Shown piece after piece: positions 11,159-23,100 of a stretch of 55,713 nt of DNA. A program made the translations under genes and the position numbers. This stretch comes from Malacoraja senta. Lineage: Eukaryota. How positions within the stretch are numbered: the first letter of the stretch is position 1; the number at the start of each line of letters is the position of its first letter. The notes beneath the pieces were generated by a model, which saw only the letters and a list, made by a program, of their open reading frames with translations, searched no databases and was not told the origin of the DNA. The stretch is from assembly GCA_038087875.1 (NCBI GenBank), contig JAXLNO010000478.1:124001-179713 (forward strand). The letters run 5' to 3'.

Positions 11159-12446
11159 TTAAAGAAAGGTAACTTTGAGGGTATGAGACGTGAATTGGCC
11201 AAGATAGACTGGCAATTGATTCTTAATGAATTGACGGTGGATATGCAATAGAAGGCATTTAAAGGCTGCATGGATGAACTGCAACAATTGTTCATCCCAG
11301 TTTGGCAAAAGAATAAATCAGGGAAGGTAGTGCATCCGTGGATAACAAGGGAAATCAGGGATAGTATCAAAACAAAAGATGAAGCATACAAATTAGCCAG
11401 AAAAAGCAGCCTAGAGGACTGGGAGAAATTCAGACAGGGAGCAAAGAGTAGGAGTTAACGGGTCCTTTTCAGAATGGCAGGCAGTGACTAGTGGGGTACC
11501 GCAAGGCTCAGTGCTGGGACCCCAGCTATTTACAATATATTAATGATTTGGACGAGGGAATTGAATGCAACATCTCCAAGTTTGCGGATGACACGAAGCT
11601 AGGGGGCAGTGTTAGCTGTGAGGAGGATGCAAGGAGGCTGCAAGATGACTTTGATAGGCTGGGTGAGTGGGCAAATGCATGGCAGATGCAGTATAATGTG
11701 GATAAATGTGAGGTTATCCACTTTGGTGGTAAAAACAGGAAAGTAGACTATTACCTGAATGGTGGCTGATTAGGAAAAGGAGAGATGCAACGAGACCTGG
11801 GTGTCATGGTACACCAGTCATTGAAAGTAAGCATGCAGGTGCAGCAGGCAGTGAAGAAGGCGAATGGTATGTTAGCATTCATAGCAAAAGGATTTGAGTA
11901 TAGGAGCAGGGAGGTTCTACTGCAGTTGTACAGGGTCTTGGTGAGACCACACCTGGAGTATTGCGTACAGTTTTGGTCTCCCAATCTGCCATAGAGGGAG
12001 TACAGAGAAGGTTCACCAGACTGATTCCTGGGATGTCAGGACTTTCATATGAAGAAAGACTGGATAGACTCGGCTTGTACTCGCTAGAATTTAGAAGATT
12101 GAGGGGGGATCTTATAGAAACTTACAAAATTCTTAAGGGGTTGGACAGGCTAGATGCAGGAAGATTGTTCCCGATGTTGGGGAAGTCCAGAACAAGGGGT
12201 CGCAGTTTAAGGATAAAGGGGAAGTCTTTTAGGACTGAGATGGGAAAAACATTTTTTACTCAGAGAGTGGTGAATCTCTGGAATTCTCTGCCACAGAATG
12301 TAGTTGAGGCCAGTTCATTGGCTATATTTAAGAGGGAGTTAGATGTGGCCCTTGTGGCTAAAGGGATCAGGGGGTATGGAGAGAAAGCAGGTACAGGATA
12401 CTGAAGGGCCAAATGGCCTACTCCTGCACTTATTTTCTATGTTTCT

Positions 12447-13340
12447 AATACTGAATATTCTTATGTAGTTTATTCAGTAAGGGTGGGAAGTTTAATTTAA
12501 ATAAAGAAGTCTTAGTTAGATAAATTCCTAGATATTTAAATTTTTCATGGACTATTTTAAAGGGGGATTGTTGCAATGTATGTAAATTGAGTTCCATTAT
12601 TGGCATGATTTCGCTTTAATTCCAATTAATTCTATATCCCGAGAACAAACAAAATTGAGTTAGTAGATAGGTTTGCAATGCTAGTTTCTGGGTTTCTAAT
12701 GTATATTAATACATCATCTGCATTTAAAGACATTTTATTCACTGTGTCTTTGGTATTGTACCCGTATATTTCTGGATGGGCTCTAACACTTTCTGCTAAT
12801 GGTTCAATAGCGAGAGCGAATAATAACGGAGATGGCGGGCATCCTTGTCTACAACCTCTAGATAAGTTAAATTTAGTTGATAACATTTGGTTTGTTAATA
12901 TTCTAGCTGTTGGGTTAGTATATAAGAGTGTGCAGTACTTCTCGCCCAGTTGAAAATTTTCCATCACCGAAAATAGATAGGGCCATTCCACCTGATCAAA
13001 TGCTTTTTCAGCATCTAATGAAATGATTACTAGGTCTACATTAGCAATTCTATTTGAATATATAATATTGAATAATCGTCTCAAATTATAAGATGAGTAT
13101 CGTTTTGGAATAAAACCTGTTTGGTCGGGGTGTACTAATTTATTAATCACTAAACTTAATCTATGTGCTAGAATTTTAGTTAATATTTTCTGATCAGTAT
13201 TTAAGAGAGCTATTGCTCTATATGAACCTATGCCTTCAAGGTCCTTATCTGTTTTTGGTATAAGTGTTATTGTAGATTCGTTTAAAGTTTCTGGCAGTTT
13301 CTGTTGAGTAAAAGCACACATATACAGTGTCTGTAAGCTT
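12447..13340 (-). pseudogene. L1 element D, RT piece
   Basis: SYRAIALLNTDQK, DQTGF, SLDAEKAFD, RGCRQGCP, NADD. Confidence 0.9.
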
Positions 13341-14285
13341 ATAATTCCATTCAAAATTAAAATTATAATATGGTATAAAGTAAAAAAAGTGAAAGAGACT
13401 TCCGGTGGGGGCGACATGTTGGAGTAGTCGCACTTTTCCACGCTCCCGACCTTTTCACCTCCAACTTTTATTACAGCTCAGTCTAAGTTTTTTAACCACC
13501 CACAAACATTTAAACATCATTGTCAGTACCTCTCTACGTTGTAAAGATGCCAAACAAAGGAAAGAAAGCGGAGCAAAAGACAGAAGACCCGACGGCCACG
13601 CTAACAGCCATGATAACAGAACATAAGGTATTGTTACTGGCAGAATTCAACACTGCATTCACCAAATTGGAAACGAAGCTGGACAATATCCAGACCACTA
13701 TGTTAGACCACCAACACTGTCTCTCGTCATTAGAGTATTTTGCCGCTACCACGAGCTATAACGTTAATGTTAACTACGGTGACCGAAGAGAACGCCAAGC
13801 TAAAGGCTAAGCTTATCGGCCTGGAAGTCAGGAGTCGCCGAAATAACATAAGGATAGTGGGTCTTCCCGAGAATATCGAGGGATCCCAAACAACAGCGTT
13901 TTTCTCTCAACTTCTGCTCGAGACTCTTGGCGAACACATACTGGAATCAGCCCCGGAGCTAGACCGAGCCCACCGTACGCTAACAGCCAAGCCAAGCCCT
14001 GGTGAAAAACCCAGAGCAGTTGTGATCTGCTTCCATAGATACCAGACCCGTGAGTTGGTGGTACGTGAGGCTCGGAGACAGAGGGGTAAGCTGACTTCCG
14101 GTGGCACCATGCTTTGCTAGCAGTCGCAAATTTTTTAGCTCCGCTGAAAAAAATCGCGATTTTTCGCGTTAAAATCGGGTCTGGAGGTCGGGACCGTTTT
14201 TAAAAACTTACCGGAGTCTCATGTCGCGGCGCTGATGACGTCATCAGTAAGCGCCGTGAATTTAACGGAGGCAAAGTCATTTTAA

Positions 14286-15296
14286 ATGAAAAGTACATCT
14301 CCAGGTCAGAGCCCACAGAGGAAAGTTACAAAACAATCGCTGAAGACTCTCGAACATCAAGAAACTGCAAAACGGACCTCTGGAGTGGTTTCTGGAATGG
14401 ACACACGATCTAAGACTGAGATGACCACAAAAGAGAAAACCGAATTGGAGGAGTTAAAAAACTCGGTAAGAGATTTGAAAAATCACTTGAAAGTTGGAAA
14501 CATAAATTTGATGGCCGGTAATGAAAAAATACTTGCGGGCATTGATGCTCTGCAAAAAAGAGTGGATGATGTGCAAGAAGAATTAACGGGGAAAATTAAT
14601 AAGATGGCAGAAGAGACCACAAAGATGTTTGAGGCTGTGCATGAAACTGTTTCTGCAAATGTAACTGCAGTGAAAGATATGGAAGCTGTTGTGGAAGAGA
14701 TGACCGGAGAGATGCAGACGATGAAGTTAGAAATAGACAGCCTCAAGAGCCATCTTACAAAAGTGTCTGATAAATGTGTTGACCTGGAAGCTCGCTCAAG
14801 ACGTCAAAATATACGTATACGTGGAGTAAAAGAGGGAGCTGAGGGGGACAATGCTTGTGAGTTCACTGCCAATCTAATTAAACACGTACTCAAACTACCT
14901 GAGGCACCTGTAATTGAAGTAGCACATCGACTACCCAGATTTAAACCAAGATCTCAAGGAGCACATGCCTACCCACGACAGATCATAGTTAAACTTCGGG
15001 ATATCCCAACAATGGAAGCGCTGATGAAAAAAATCAAATACGGAGAGGAGATGATGTACAGAAATGATTCTATTAAACTCCTACGGGACTACCCTTACGA
15101 GATTGTGCAAAAGAGAAGAAAGTTCTCACAGACCAGAGAAGTACTTTACGGTGTCAAGGGTGTCATATGTGGAGTGTATTATCCGGCCAGGATGCGTATT
15201 ACTTTCATGGGAAAGTCAAAAACATTCATTAACTCGGCAGAATCTCTTAAATACGCTCAAGAAATCGTGGCCAAGGCAGCAACAAGTGAAGATTGA
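14286..15296 (+). CDS. L1-B ORF1p (coiled coil, RRM, CTD), intact 336 aa
   Basis: Heptad-rich N-terminal half, DLEARSRRQNIRIRGV, AHR, YPA motifs of L1 ORF1p. Confidence 0.9.
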   Translation: MKSTSPGQSPQRKVTKQSLKTLEHQETAKRTSGVVSGMDTRSKTEMTTKEKTELEELKNSVRDLKNHLKVGNINLMAGNEKILAGIDALQKRVDDVQEELTGKINKMAEETTKMFEAVHETVSANVTAVKDMEAVVEEMTGEMQTMKLEIDSLKSHLTKVSDKCVDLEARSRRQNIRIRGVKEGAEGDNACEFTANLIKHVLKLPEAPVIEVAHRLPRFKPRSQGAHAYPRQIIVKLRDIPTMEALMKKIKYGEEMMYRNDSIKLLRDYPYEIVQKRRKFSQTREVLYGVKGVICGVYYPARMRITFMGKSKTFINSAESLKYAQEIVAKAATSED

Positions 15297-15545
15297 TCAC
15301 CATGACGTCATGAACAAATTAATTTGTTTATTCCCCCATCAAGAATATCACAAGAAAAGTGAAATAACTGAACATCAATCTTTTAAAATTATTACACGCA
15401 ACAGATTTTCCAGGAGACGTGTCTAGACATTATTATCTCCCCTTGAACATTGCGGCATCTAACTCAAGGACACTCTGTGCTCAAACGAGGAAAGACTGAT
15501 AACACGGGACTGACGATCTGATGTGCTGAGAGCGAAAAACATCAC

Positions 15546-16195
15546 ATGGCTTATATAGTTTTATAAAATATTGAGAATCAATAATAATTAATAATTAACA
15601 ATACTAATATAGAAATAGCAATTGAAACTGATAAAAATGTGTTGCCTGCTTTATAACACAGACAACAGTAATTACATATGTTCCGCAGCTCGAGTGGGGA
15701 GGGGAGGAGATTAGGCACCTGGCATAATTCCAGGAGCCTGACTCCGGTTAACCCTTTCAGCGAACAGCTCACTTTTAACAATACTAAAACCAATTCAAAA
15801 TAGTTAAGAGATAAAGAGTGAGGAATATATGTAACTGAATACATTTGAAGTCGGAATGCAACATATATATGGCTTATATAGTTTTACAAAATATGGAGAA
15901 TCAATAATAATTAATAATTAACAATACTAATATAGAAATAGCAATTGAAACTGATAAAAATGTGTTGCCTGCCTTATAACGCAGACAACAGTAATCACAT
16001 ATGTTCTGCAGCTCGAGTGGGGAGGGGAGGAGACTAGGCACCTGGCATAACTCCAGCAGCCTGACTCCGGTTAACCCTTTCAGCGAACAGCTCACTTCTA
16101 ACAATACTAAAACCAATTCAAAATAGTTAAGAGATAAAGAGTGAGGAATATATGTAACTGAATACAATTGAAGTCGGAATGAAACATATATATAT
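15546..16195. repeat. 323-bp tandem duplication in the L1-B inter-ORF spacer
   Basis: Units start at 15546 and 15869; also seen as twin spurious ORFs offset by 323. Confidence 0.92.
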
Positions 16196-17607
16196 ACTGC
16201 AACTGGGTGAAATAGAACTGATTTGGAAACGGTACCGACCCCCTAGGTTTTGGGTAATAAAGGCAGCGGGGCTAACGTCATAACATCTACGCCGGAAGCG
16301 ATATCGATGTCGTACCCCACAGACAAGTGGGACACTCACTACGGTGTTGAAATCTCAGACACCGTAAACTTATTTGATATACTTTTTTTAATTTTTTTTT
16401 TTCACAATACGTCACATCTATGTGTTTTCTTTCCAAGGACAATCGCGGAGGAGAACTACCAAGGAAGTCTATAATAGAAATGCCCCCAAAATAACCAGAG
16501 TCCTGAGGTATGAATGCACCATAATAAATAAGATCATTAAAATTGGTAAAAATGTATGATGATAATCAAAAGAAAATGGGAGGAATCACACTATGTAGCT
16601 GGAATATAAGGGGTATTAATGAACCTATTAAAAGGGGCAAGATACTAGCTCAGTTGAAATCATACAACACGGACATTTCGTTTCTACAGGAAACGCATCT
16701 TAAACATCAAGATCAGACGAGACTGAGGGCGAACTGGATAGGACAAACATTTCACTCTTCATTCACCTCCAAATCTAGAGGTACTGCAATCATCATTCGT
16801 AAAGGAATTCCATTTAAATCAAAGATATTTTAGATAAGGGAGATACCTTATAGTAGCAGGAGAGATCAATAATACGCCAATTACGCTGGTAAACATATAC
16901 GCGCCCAATTTCGATAACCCTCAATTTTTTAATAAAATTCTGAATATAATTGCAGAATTTAATTATCAAAATGTTATAATTGGAGGAGACTTTAACTGTG
17001 TTTTAGACCCTTATCTAGATAAATCGATGCAAAAACAAAAAGGTAATATGAAATCTAAAACCAGTGAACTTTTACATACATATATGGAAAACACAAATAT
17101 AGCAGATGTGTGGAGGATTGCAAACCCGACGGGAAGGGATTATTCGTTTTATTCAACGGTGCATAAAACATACTCACGGATAGACTATTTTCTTGTGGAT
17201 ACAAAATTAATTCCGCACACTATGAACGCTAAATACCACACTAATGCGATCTCAGACCACTCTCCGTTAACTTTTGTTTTAAAACTAGAAGGAATGTCTA
17301 TGAATAAATCGTTCTGGAGGTTTAACTCGCAAATTTTAAAAGACCCACAAGGGAGTATATATCTAAAAAAACAGATGGATCTATTTTTTGAGATAAATGA
17401 TACACCAGATATTTCCCCCACGCTATTATGGGAATCCTTCAAAGCATTTATTAGAGGAGTCATTATTTCATTCCAAGCTTATCAAAATAAAAAGAATAAG
17501 AATGAACAAAGACATTTAGAAGAACAAATAAAACAATTAGATACAGATAATGCTAAAGATCCAACTATGGATAAACATAATAAAATCCTACTATTGAAAT
17601 TCAAGCT

Positions 17608-20171
17608 GACTTCCGGTGGCGTCATGTTAGACTAACAGACGTGCACCCAGCTCCTCTCCCGAAAAACTTCACGATTTATCGTGTAAAACGGGTCCGAAAA
17701 TCGGGATTGTTTTTAAAAACCTTACCGGAGCTCCTGGTTACCGCGCTGATGACGTCATCGTTAAACGCGATGTTTTAAACGGTGGTTTGAAGCCCTTTAA
17801 ATGAGTAAATTGACTCCAGCTGTGAGCCCTCAGAGAGCTGTGAATAAACTGTCGAAACAGTTCGAAACTGAAGTTACCTCTGAAGTCTCTGAAGTGGCTG
17901 CAGAAATGGATACAAGATCTAAGAAAGACTTTGATGACTTGAAAAAATCAATGAAAAATTTGAAAGATGAGATCTCGGATAATAGGGTGGAAGATAAGAA
18001 GGAAATGAAGGAAAATTCGGCAAAAATGATGGAAGGAATGCAGAAGATGATGAAGGATTTAAATGCTGGTAACCAGAAGAATATGACGGATTTACTGGAC
18101 ACTATGAATAAACGAATTGATGAGGTGAAAGATGGACTATCAGAGAAAATGGATAAGATGGATGTAATTACTACGGATAAGTTCACGGCTGTACTTGAAA
18201 CAGTAGCTGCAAGTATGCAGACAATCACGGAATTGGAGAAAAATACGGCACGACTTGTTGAAGACATGGCGAAACTGAGGCAAGAACATGAGCAAATGAG
18301 GCGAGAAAACGAACAAGCATCACTACAAATGGGGACTCAATTAGAGAAAGTCTCATTCAAATGCCTGGACCTGGAAGCTCGTTCTAGACGCCAGAATCTG
18401 AGGATTCTTGGTGTTTCAGAGGGGGCAGAAGGGGAACAGGTACGTGAATTTGCCATGGGCTTGTTGAAACAACTGTTGAATCTTCCCAAGGAACCGAAAA
18501 TCGAAGTGGCTCATCGTGTCCCAAGATTTGGAAAAAGATTTGATGCGGGAAAAGCTTATCCACGACATATTATAGTGAAATTTCGAGATACTGCAGAACT
18601 GGAATATGTTATGACCCATATCAAATATGGTGTACAATTACGGCTGGACAAAGACACTATTAAGATATTCAGGGACTACCCACATGAAATTGTGCAAAAA
18701 AGAAACAAATTTGATAAGGTTAAAGATCTTTTAAGAGGGAGAGAAGGGGTCAGATTCGGGGTTTTTTATCCCGCTAAAATGCGTATTTCTTTTAATGGTC
18801 TTGAAAAGTCATTTGTTAAGCCTGAAGACGCTTTCAAATATGCCCAAACGATTGTTGAAAGACAGAAATAAAAGGGAGCTTTGGCAGATCCGAATAATTC
18901 TCAGCTATGTTTTGTCTGGGGATAGTTACACTGTTATCTCCGGAATGTTGAAGCAAGGACATTTTCTGTTCAAAACGTGTAAACAACTTTATAACGGGAT
19001 ATGAATTAGAAAATAATTGCTTATTGATTAAAATGTTATAACCAATTGTAAGAACTTATCCTATTAACAACTTTAAAAGTTATGCAGGTTAGATTAGAAT
19101 ACTAACAAAAAAAACAAAAAAAATAATGAACTAACATACTAATATGAATTTTTAATAAATTGTAACCTTGTCTATAAGCAGGAGGAGGGGATGAGAAACG
19201 AGCTCCTGGCTTATGTCCAGGAGCACGTCTCGTTAACCCCTTCAACCAACAGCTGATTCTTATTGAAATCAAAAATATTGGTTTAATAATTAAACTCTGA
19301 TATATATATATGTTATAAGGAAATATCAGGGTAAAATTGTATTATATATATGAATGTGAGGCCTCGTTTTAATATTTTAATATGTTATGATTAACTAAGA
19401 GAGCGGAGCGAGTTGAGCAACAACGCAATGGAAGTCAAAATAAGGTTTTTTCCCACCTACAGGTGGGTCACTTGCTACAGTGCCGACTATAGACACTGTA
19501 GCCTCACTCTTTTAGTTTTTTTTTTATTACATAAAATCACTTGTTTGTGTTTTGTGTTTAGTGATAAGAATAATATGGACATACCAACAAAAGTTAATAA
19601 TTCAAAAACTCCCCCAATACCTAAAGACCTGGGATATGGACGCACCACAAGATTCAAAGGTACTATAATTATTCAAAATGCATGACACCACACAAAAGCC
19701 ACCTGACGTGGTCTGCATTTATAGAATTATTACAAACATAGGGTGCAAAAGTACTTTAAAAAAATAAAAAATTGAGGTCGGGTAAGGGGGGATGATAGTT
19801 GAAGAGTTGGTATGTCCTATTTACGTGATGCTCAAAAAAAAAACATTTGTTTTTCTTTTTTTCTCTCTCTCTTTTCTTTTCTTAGGGCCTATTTCTTAAC
19901 TCTTTTTTTTTTTTGTTTTTAATTTCGCTTTCATAGGGTCCTCGTCCTTTTTTTTTTTTTTGTTGTTACATTTTCTACACTTTTCTACACTTGCACTTTT
20001 TCCTTCACTTTCTTCTCTCTTTCAATCTTTTCTTTCTTTAGCGTAAAAAAAATAAATAAAGGGAGTACATTAATTGTAAGAAGATATAAATGACGAGTAT
20101 TAATGTATGTGGCTGTGATGTAATGTACTTCTAATAAATAAAAATTAAAAAAAAAAAAAAAAAAAAAAAAA
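17608..20171 (+). mobile_element. Element C: ORF1-only, HAL1-like non-autonomous L1 derivative
   Basis: L1-type 5' end, intact ORF1, no ORF2, L1-B-like 3' UTR, poly-A, 12-bp TSD GAAATTCAAGCT (17596-17607, 20172-20183). Confidence 0.92.
17801..18871 (+). CDS. Element C ORF1p, intact 356 aa
   Basis: DLEARSRRQNLRILGV, IEVAHRVPR, RDYPHEIV, FYPAKMRI; clearly homologous to but diverged from L1-B ORF1p. Confidence 0.9.
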   Translation: MSKLTPAVSPQRAVNKLSKQFETEVTSEVSEVAAEMDTRSKKDFDDLKKSMKNLKDEISDNRVEDKKEMKENSAKMMEGMQKMMKDLNAGNQKNMTDLLDTMNKRIDEVKDGLSEKMDKMDVITTDKFTAVLETVAASMQTITELEKNTARLVEDMAKLRQEHEQMRRENEQASLQMGTQLEKVSFKCLDLEARSRRQNLRILGVSEGAEGEQVREFAMGLLKQLLNLPKEPKIEVAHRVPRFGKRFDAGKAYPRHIIVKFRDTAELEYVMTHIKYGVQLRLDKDTIKIFRDYPHEIVQKRNKFDKVKDLLRGREGVRFGVFYPAKMRISFNGLEKSFVKPEDAFKYAQTIVERQK

Positions 20172-23100
20172 GAAATTCAAGCTAAATAAATTACTGTCAG
20201 AGAAAGTTATAACATTATTTCAAATCACAAAACAAGAACACTTCGAATTCGGGGACAAACCCCACAAACTCCTAGCACGGCAACTGAAAAAACGGGAAAA
20301 AGAGAATGCAATATTAAAGATTAAATCAGACAGAGGGGAATTATTAACACCACCCAAGGATATCAATAAAAGATTTGCTCAATTTTACCAGAATCTATAC
20401 ACATCTAAAACGTTAATAGACAATAATAAAATCTCAGAATTTTTAGATAACTGTAACCTACTACAATTAGAACTGAGGGAACAAGAGGAACTGGGAGCAC
20501 AAATTACTTCTAAGGAGATAGAAGACACAATAAAAACACTAAAGAATGGAAAAACACCAGGACCAGACGGATTCAGTAATGAATTTTATAAATCTTTTTA
20601 TGACATAGTTACTCCACGATTACAGAAAATGTATACACATGCTTTTAAAGAGCAAAACTTACCTGAAACACTAGCAGAATCAACGATCATATTAATACTT
20701 AAAAAAGATTAAAATATAGAAGAACCAGGATCATATAGAGCTATTGCTTTGTTAAATACGGATCAAAAAATAATAGCGAAAACACTAGCCAGTAGACTAA
20801 GCAGGTATGTTAGTAGACTAATAAATGAGGATCAAACAGGATTTATACCTAAGAGACATTCATTTAATAATTTGAGACGTTTGCTTAACATAATGCACTC
20901 ACATAAATCTCAGGACCAAGAGTTATCTATCATCTCATTGGACGCAGAAAAAGCGTTTGATCAAGTAGAATGGGACTATATGATTAAAGTATTGCAAAAA
21001 TTCCAATTGGGAGAGAACTTCATTGCATGGATAAAACTATTATATAACAAACCTACGGCTAGAATACTAACTAATAATATATTATCCTCGAAATTTGAAC
21101 TATCAAGGGGCAATAGACAAGGATGTTCATTATCACCGCTGTTATTTGCTTTAGTAATTGAACCCCTTGCTGAAAAAATAAGAACACACATGGATATTTA
21201 CGGTTATAATACAAAATATTCAAATAACAAAATATCCCTATATGCCGATGATGTACTATTGTACATCACAAAAGCACAAATTAGTATACCAAATATATTA
21301 AATTTAATTGAGGACTTTGGATCCTTCTCAGGATATAGAATAAACTGGAACAAAAGTGAAATTATGTCGATAAAACCAAAAGACTCAACACACCTCAGGA
21401 AATTCCCCTTTAAAATAGCTACAGAAAAATTCAAATATTTGGGAATTGAAATTACTAGAAATTACCAGGATATGTTTAAAGCCAATTATAATCCCTTAAG
21501 AAATTAAATAATATGATTAAATTCTGGAAAACACTTCCGATGTCCTTAATAGGCAGAATAAATGCTATAAAAATGATTTTCTTACCACAAATCCTATAGA
21601 ATACAAAGAGCACACCTTAATAAACGAAAAGAGTTGGGGGGTCTCGCGCTCCCTAACTTTATGTATTATAATTGGGCAGTAAATATTAAAAATACGATTC
21701 ACCTGCTGGACAATTCTGCCCAGCAGGCGGACTGGATTATAATGGAAAAAGGGGACTGTTCCCCGAGTAATATAGGAGCGATTATTCTCTCTCCAATAAA
21801 TTTGAATAATAAAAATTATAATAAAAACCCAATTATAAATAGCACAATTAGAACATGGAAACAAATAAAACAGAATCTAAAATTAAGAAACCTATCTCTC
21901 TCAATACCAATAGTTAATAACCCATCGTTTAAACCTTCAACCATAGACAAATCATTTATACAATGGGAAAGAATGGGAATCAAAACGCTCGAAGATCTGT
22001 ATGAATTGGGAAAATTACTATCATTTCAACAACTACAACTGAAATATAATTTGAAAAATAATCAATATTTTAAATATCTACAAATTCGTGATTACCTGAA
22101 AAAATACACAAAAGACTATCATAATATGCCTTCCTACTTACTAGATGAAGCAATGAAGACAAAGGCGGAATCAGCTAATCTAATATCGTACTTATATAAT
22201 ATCATTTTAAACATAGAAATACCCACAACAGATGGAATTAGAAGAGACTGGGAACAAGAATTAGCTATAAAAAATTCAAAAGAGAGCTGGGATAACCTTT
22301 TACTACAGGTGCATAAATGTTCGATCAACGTACGACATACGCTCATCCAATTCAAAACATTACATAGACTATATTATTCAAAAACTAAATTAAATAAAAT
22401 CTTTCCTAATGTTTCACCAATCTGTGATAAATGTCTATGTCAAGAAGCTACCATAGCGCATTCTTTTGTTTTTTGTACAAAAATCCAAAAATTCTGGTAT
22501 GAAATATTTGATATTTTCTCAAAATTAATTAAAATAAAACTGGTACCAAAACCAGAATGGATCATTTTTGGAATATCGGAAGGTATCCCTGAATTAAACG
22601 TGTATCAGAAGAACTTATTCAATTACGGGCTAATAATGGGAAAAAAGCTCATACTTAAATTCTGGAAAAATGCGCCCACACCAACAATAAAAATGTGGAC
22701 ATCAAATATGTTGGAAACATTACATCTGGAAGAGATGAGATTCCTCTTAGCAGGTAAAGCAGACCAATTCCAAAAGACGTGGTCTACGTTTCTGGACCTA
22801 TTACAAGCATGAGGTGCAATAGTAATTTAAAAAATAAATAAATAAATGGTATCAGGACCTGGTAATGGGAGGTAAAACAATAAAAACAGACTTGGTTGGT
22901 GGTTCCCTTTCTGCGATTGTTCCTACTTTCTTTTTCTTTCTTTTCTAGGATCTACTTTCTTACTTTACTTCCTTCTCTAACTTCTTTTCTAAGGGGCTTT
23001 CTTTTCACAACACTCTCTTGCACTTCACGACTCTTGCGCACTTTCTTTACTTTTCTTACTTCTATCTTTCTCTTAAAGCTCAAAAAAATGAAGCGGTATA

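Larger units (their letters stand above)
10441..12446 (+). mobile_element. CR1-clade LINE, 5'-truncated and internally deleted (APE endonuclease plus RT remnants)
   Basis: GGVALLV, VYRPP, MGDFN, SDHN, FADD; AATA flanks both ends within L1-D; deletion junction near 11432. Confidence 0.9.
16552..22812 (+). pseudogene. L1-B ORF2 (APE endonuclease, RT, CCHC), frameshifted and split by element C
   Basis: SWNIRG, LQETH, SRIDY, SDH, PGPDG, SLDAEKAFD, YADD, CDKC..H; breaks near 16833, 20710 and 21507. Confidence 0.92.

Noticed and set aside
12632..13441. 269-aa ORF as a standalone gene
   Set aside because: Chimeric read-through from the antisense L1-A 5' end into the L1-D RT remnant
17830..18267. 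Antisense ORFs over L1 ORF1 (also 14483-14746) as ORF0-like genes
   Set aside because: Expected shadow frames of A-rich coiled-coil coding sequence; no independent support
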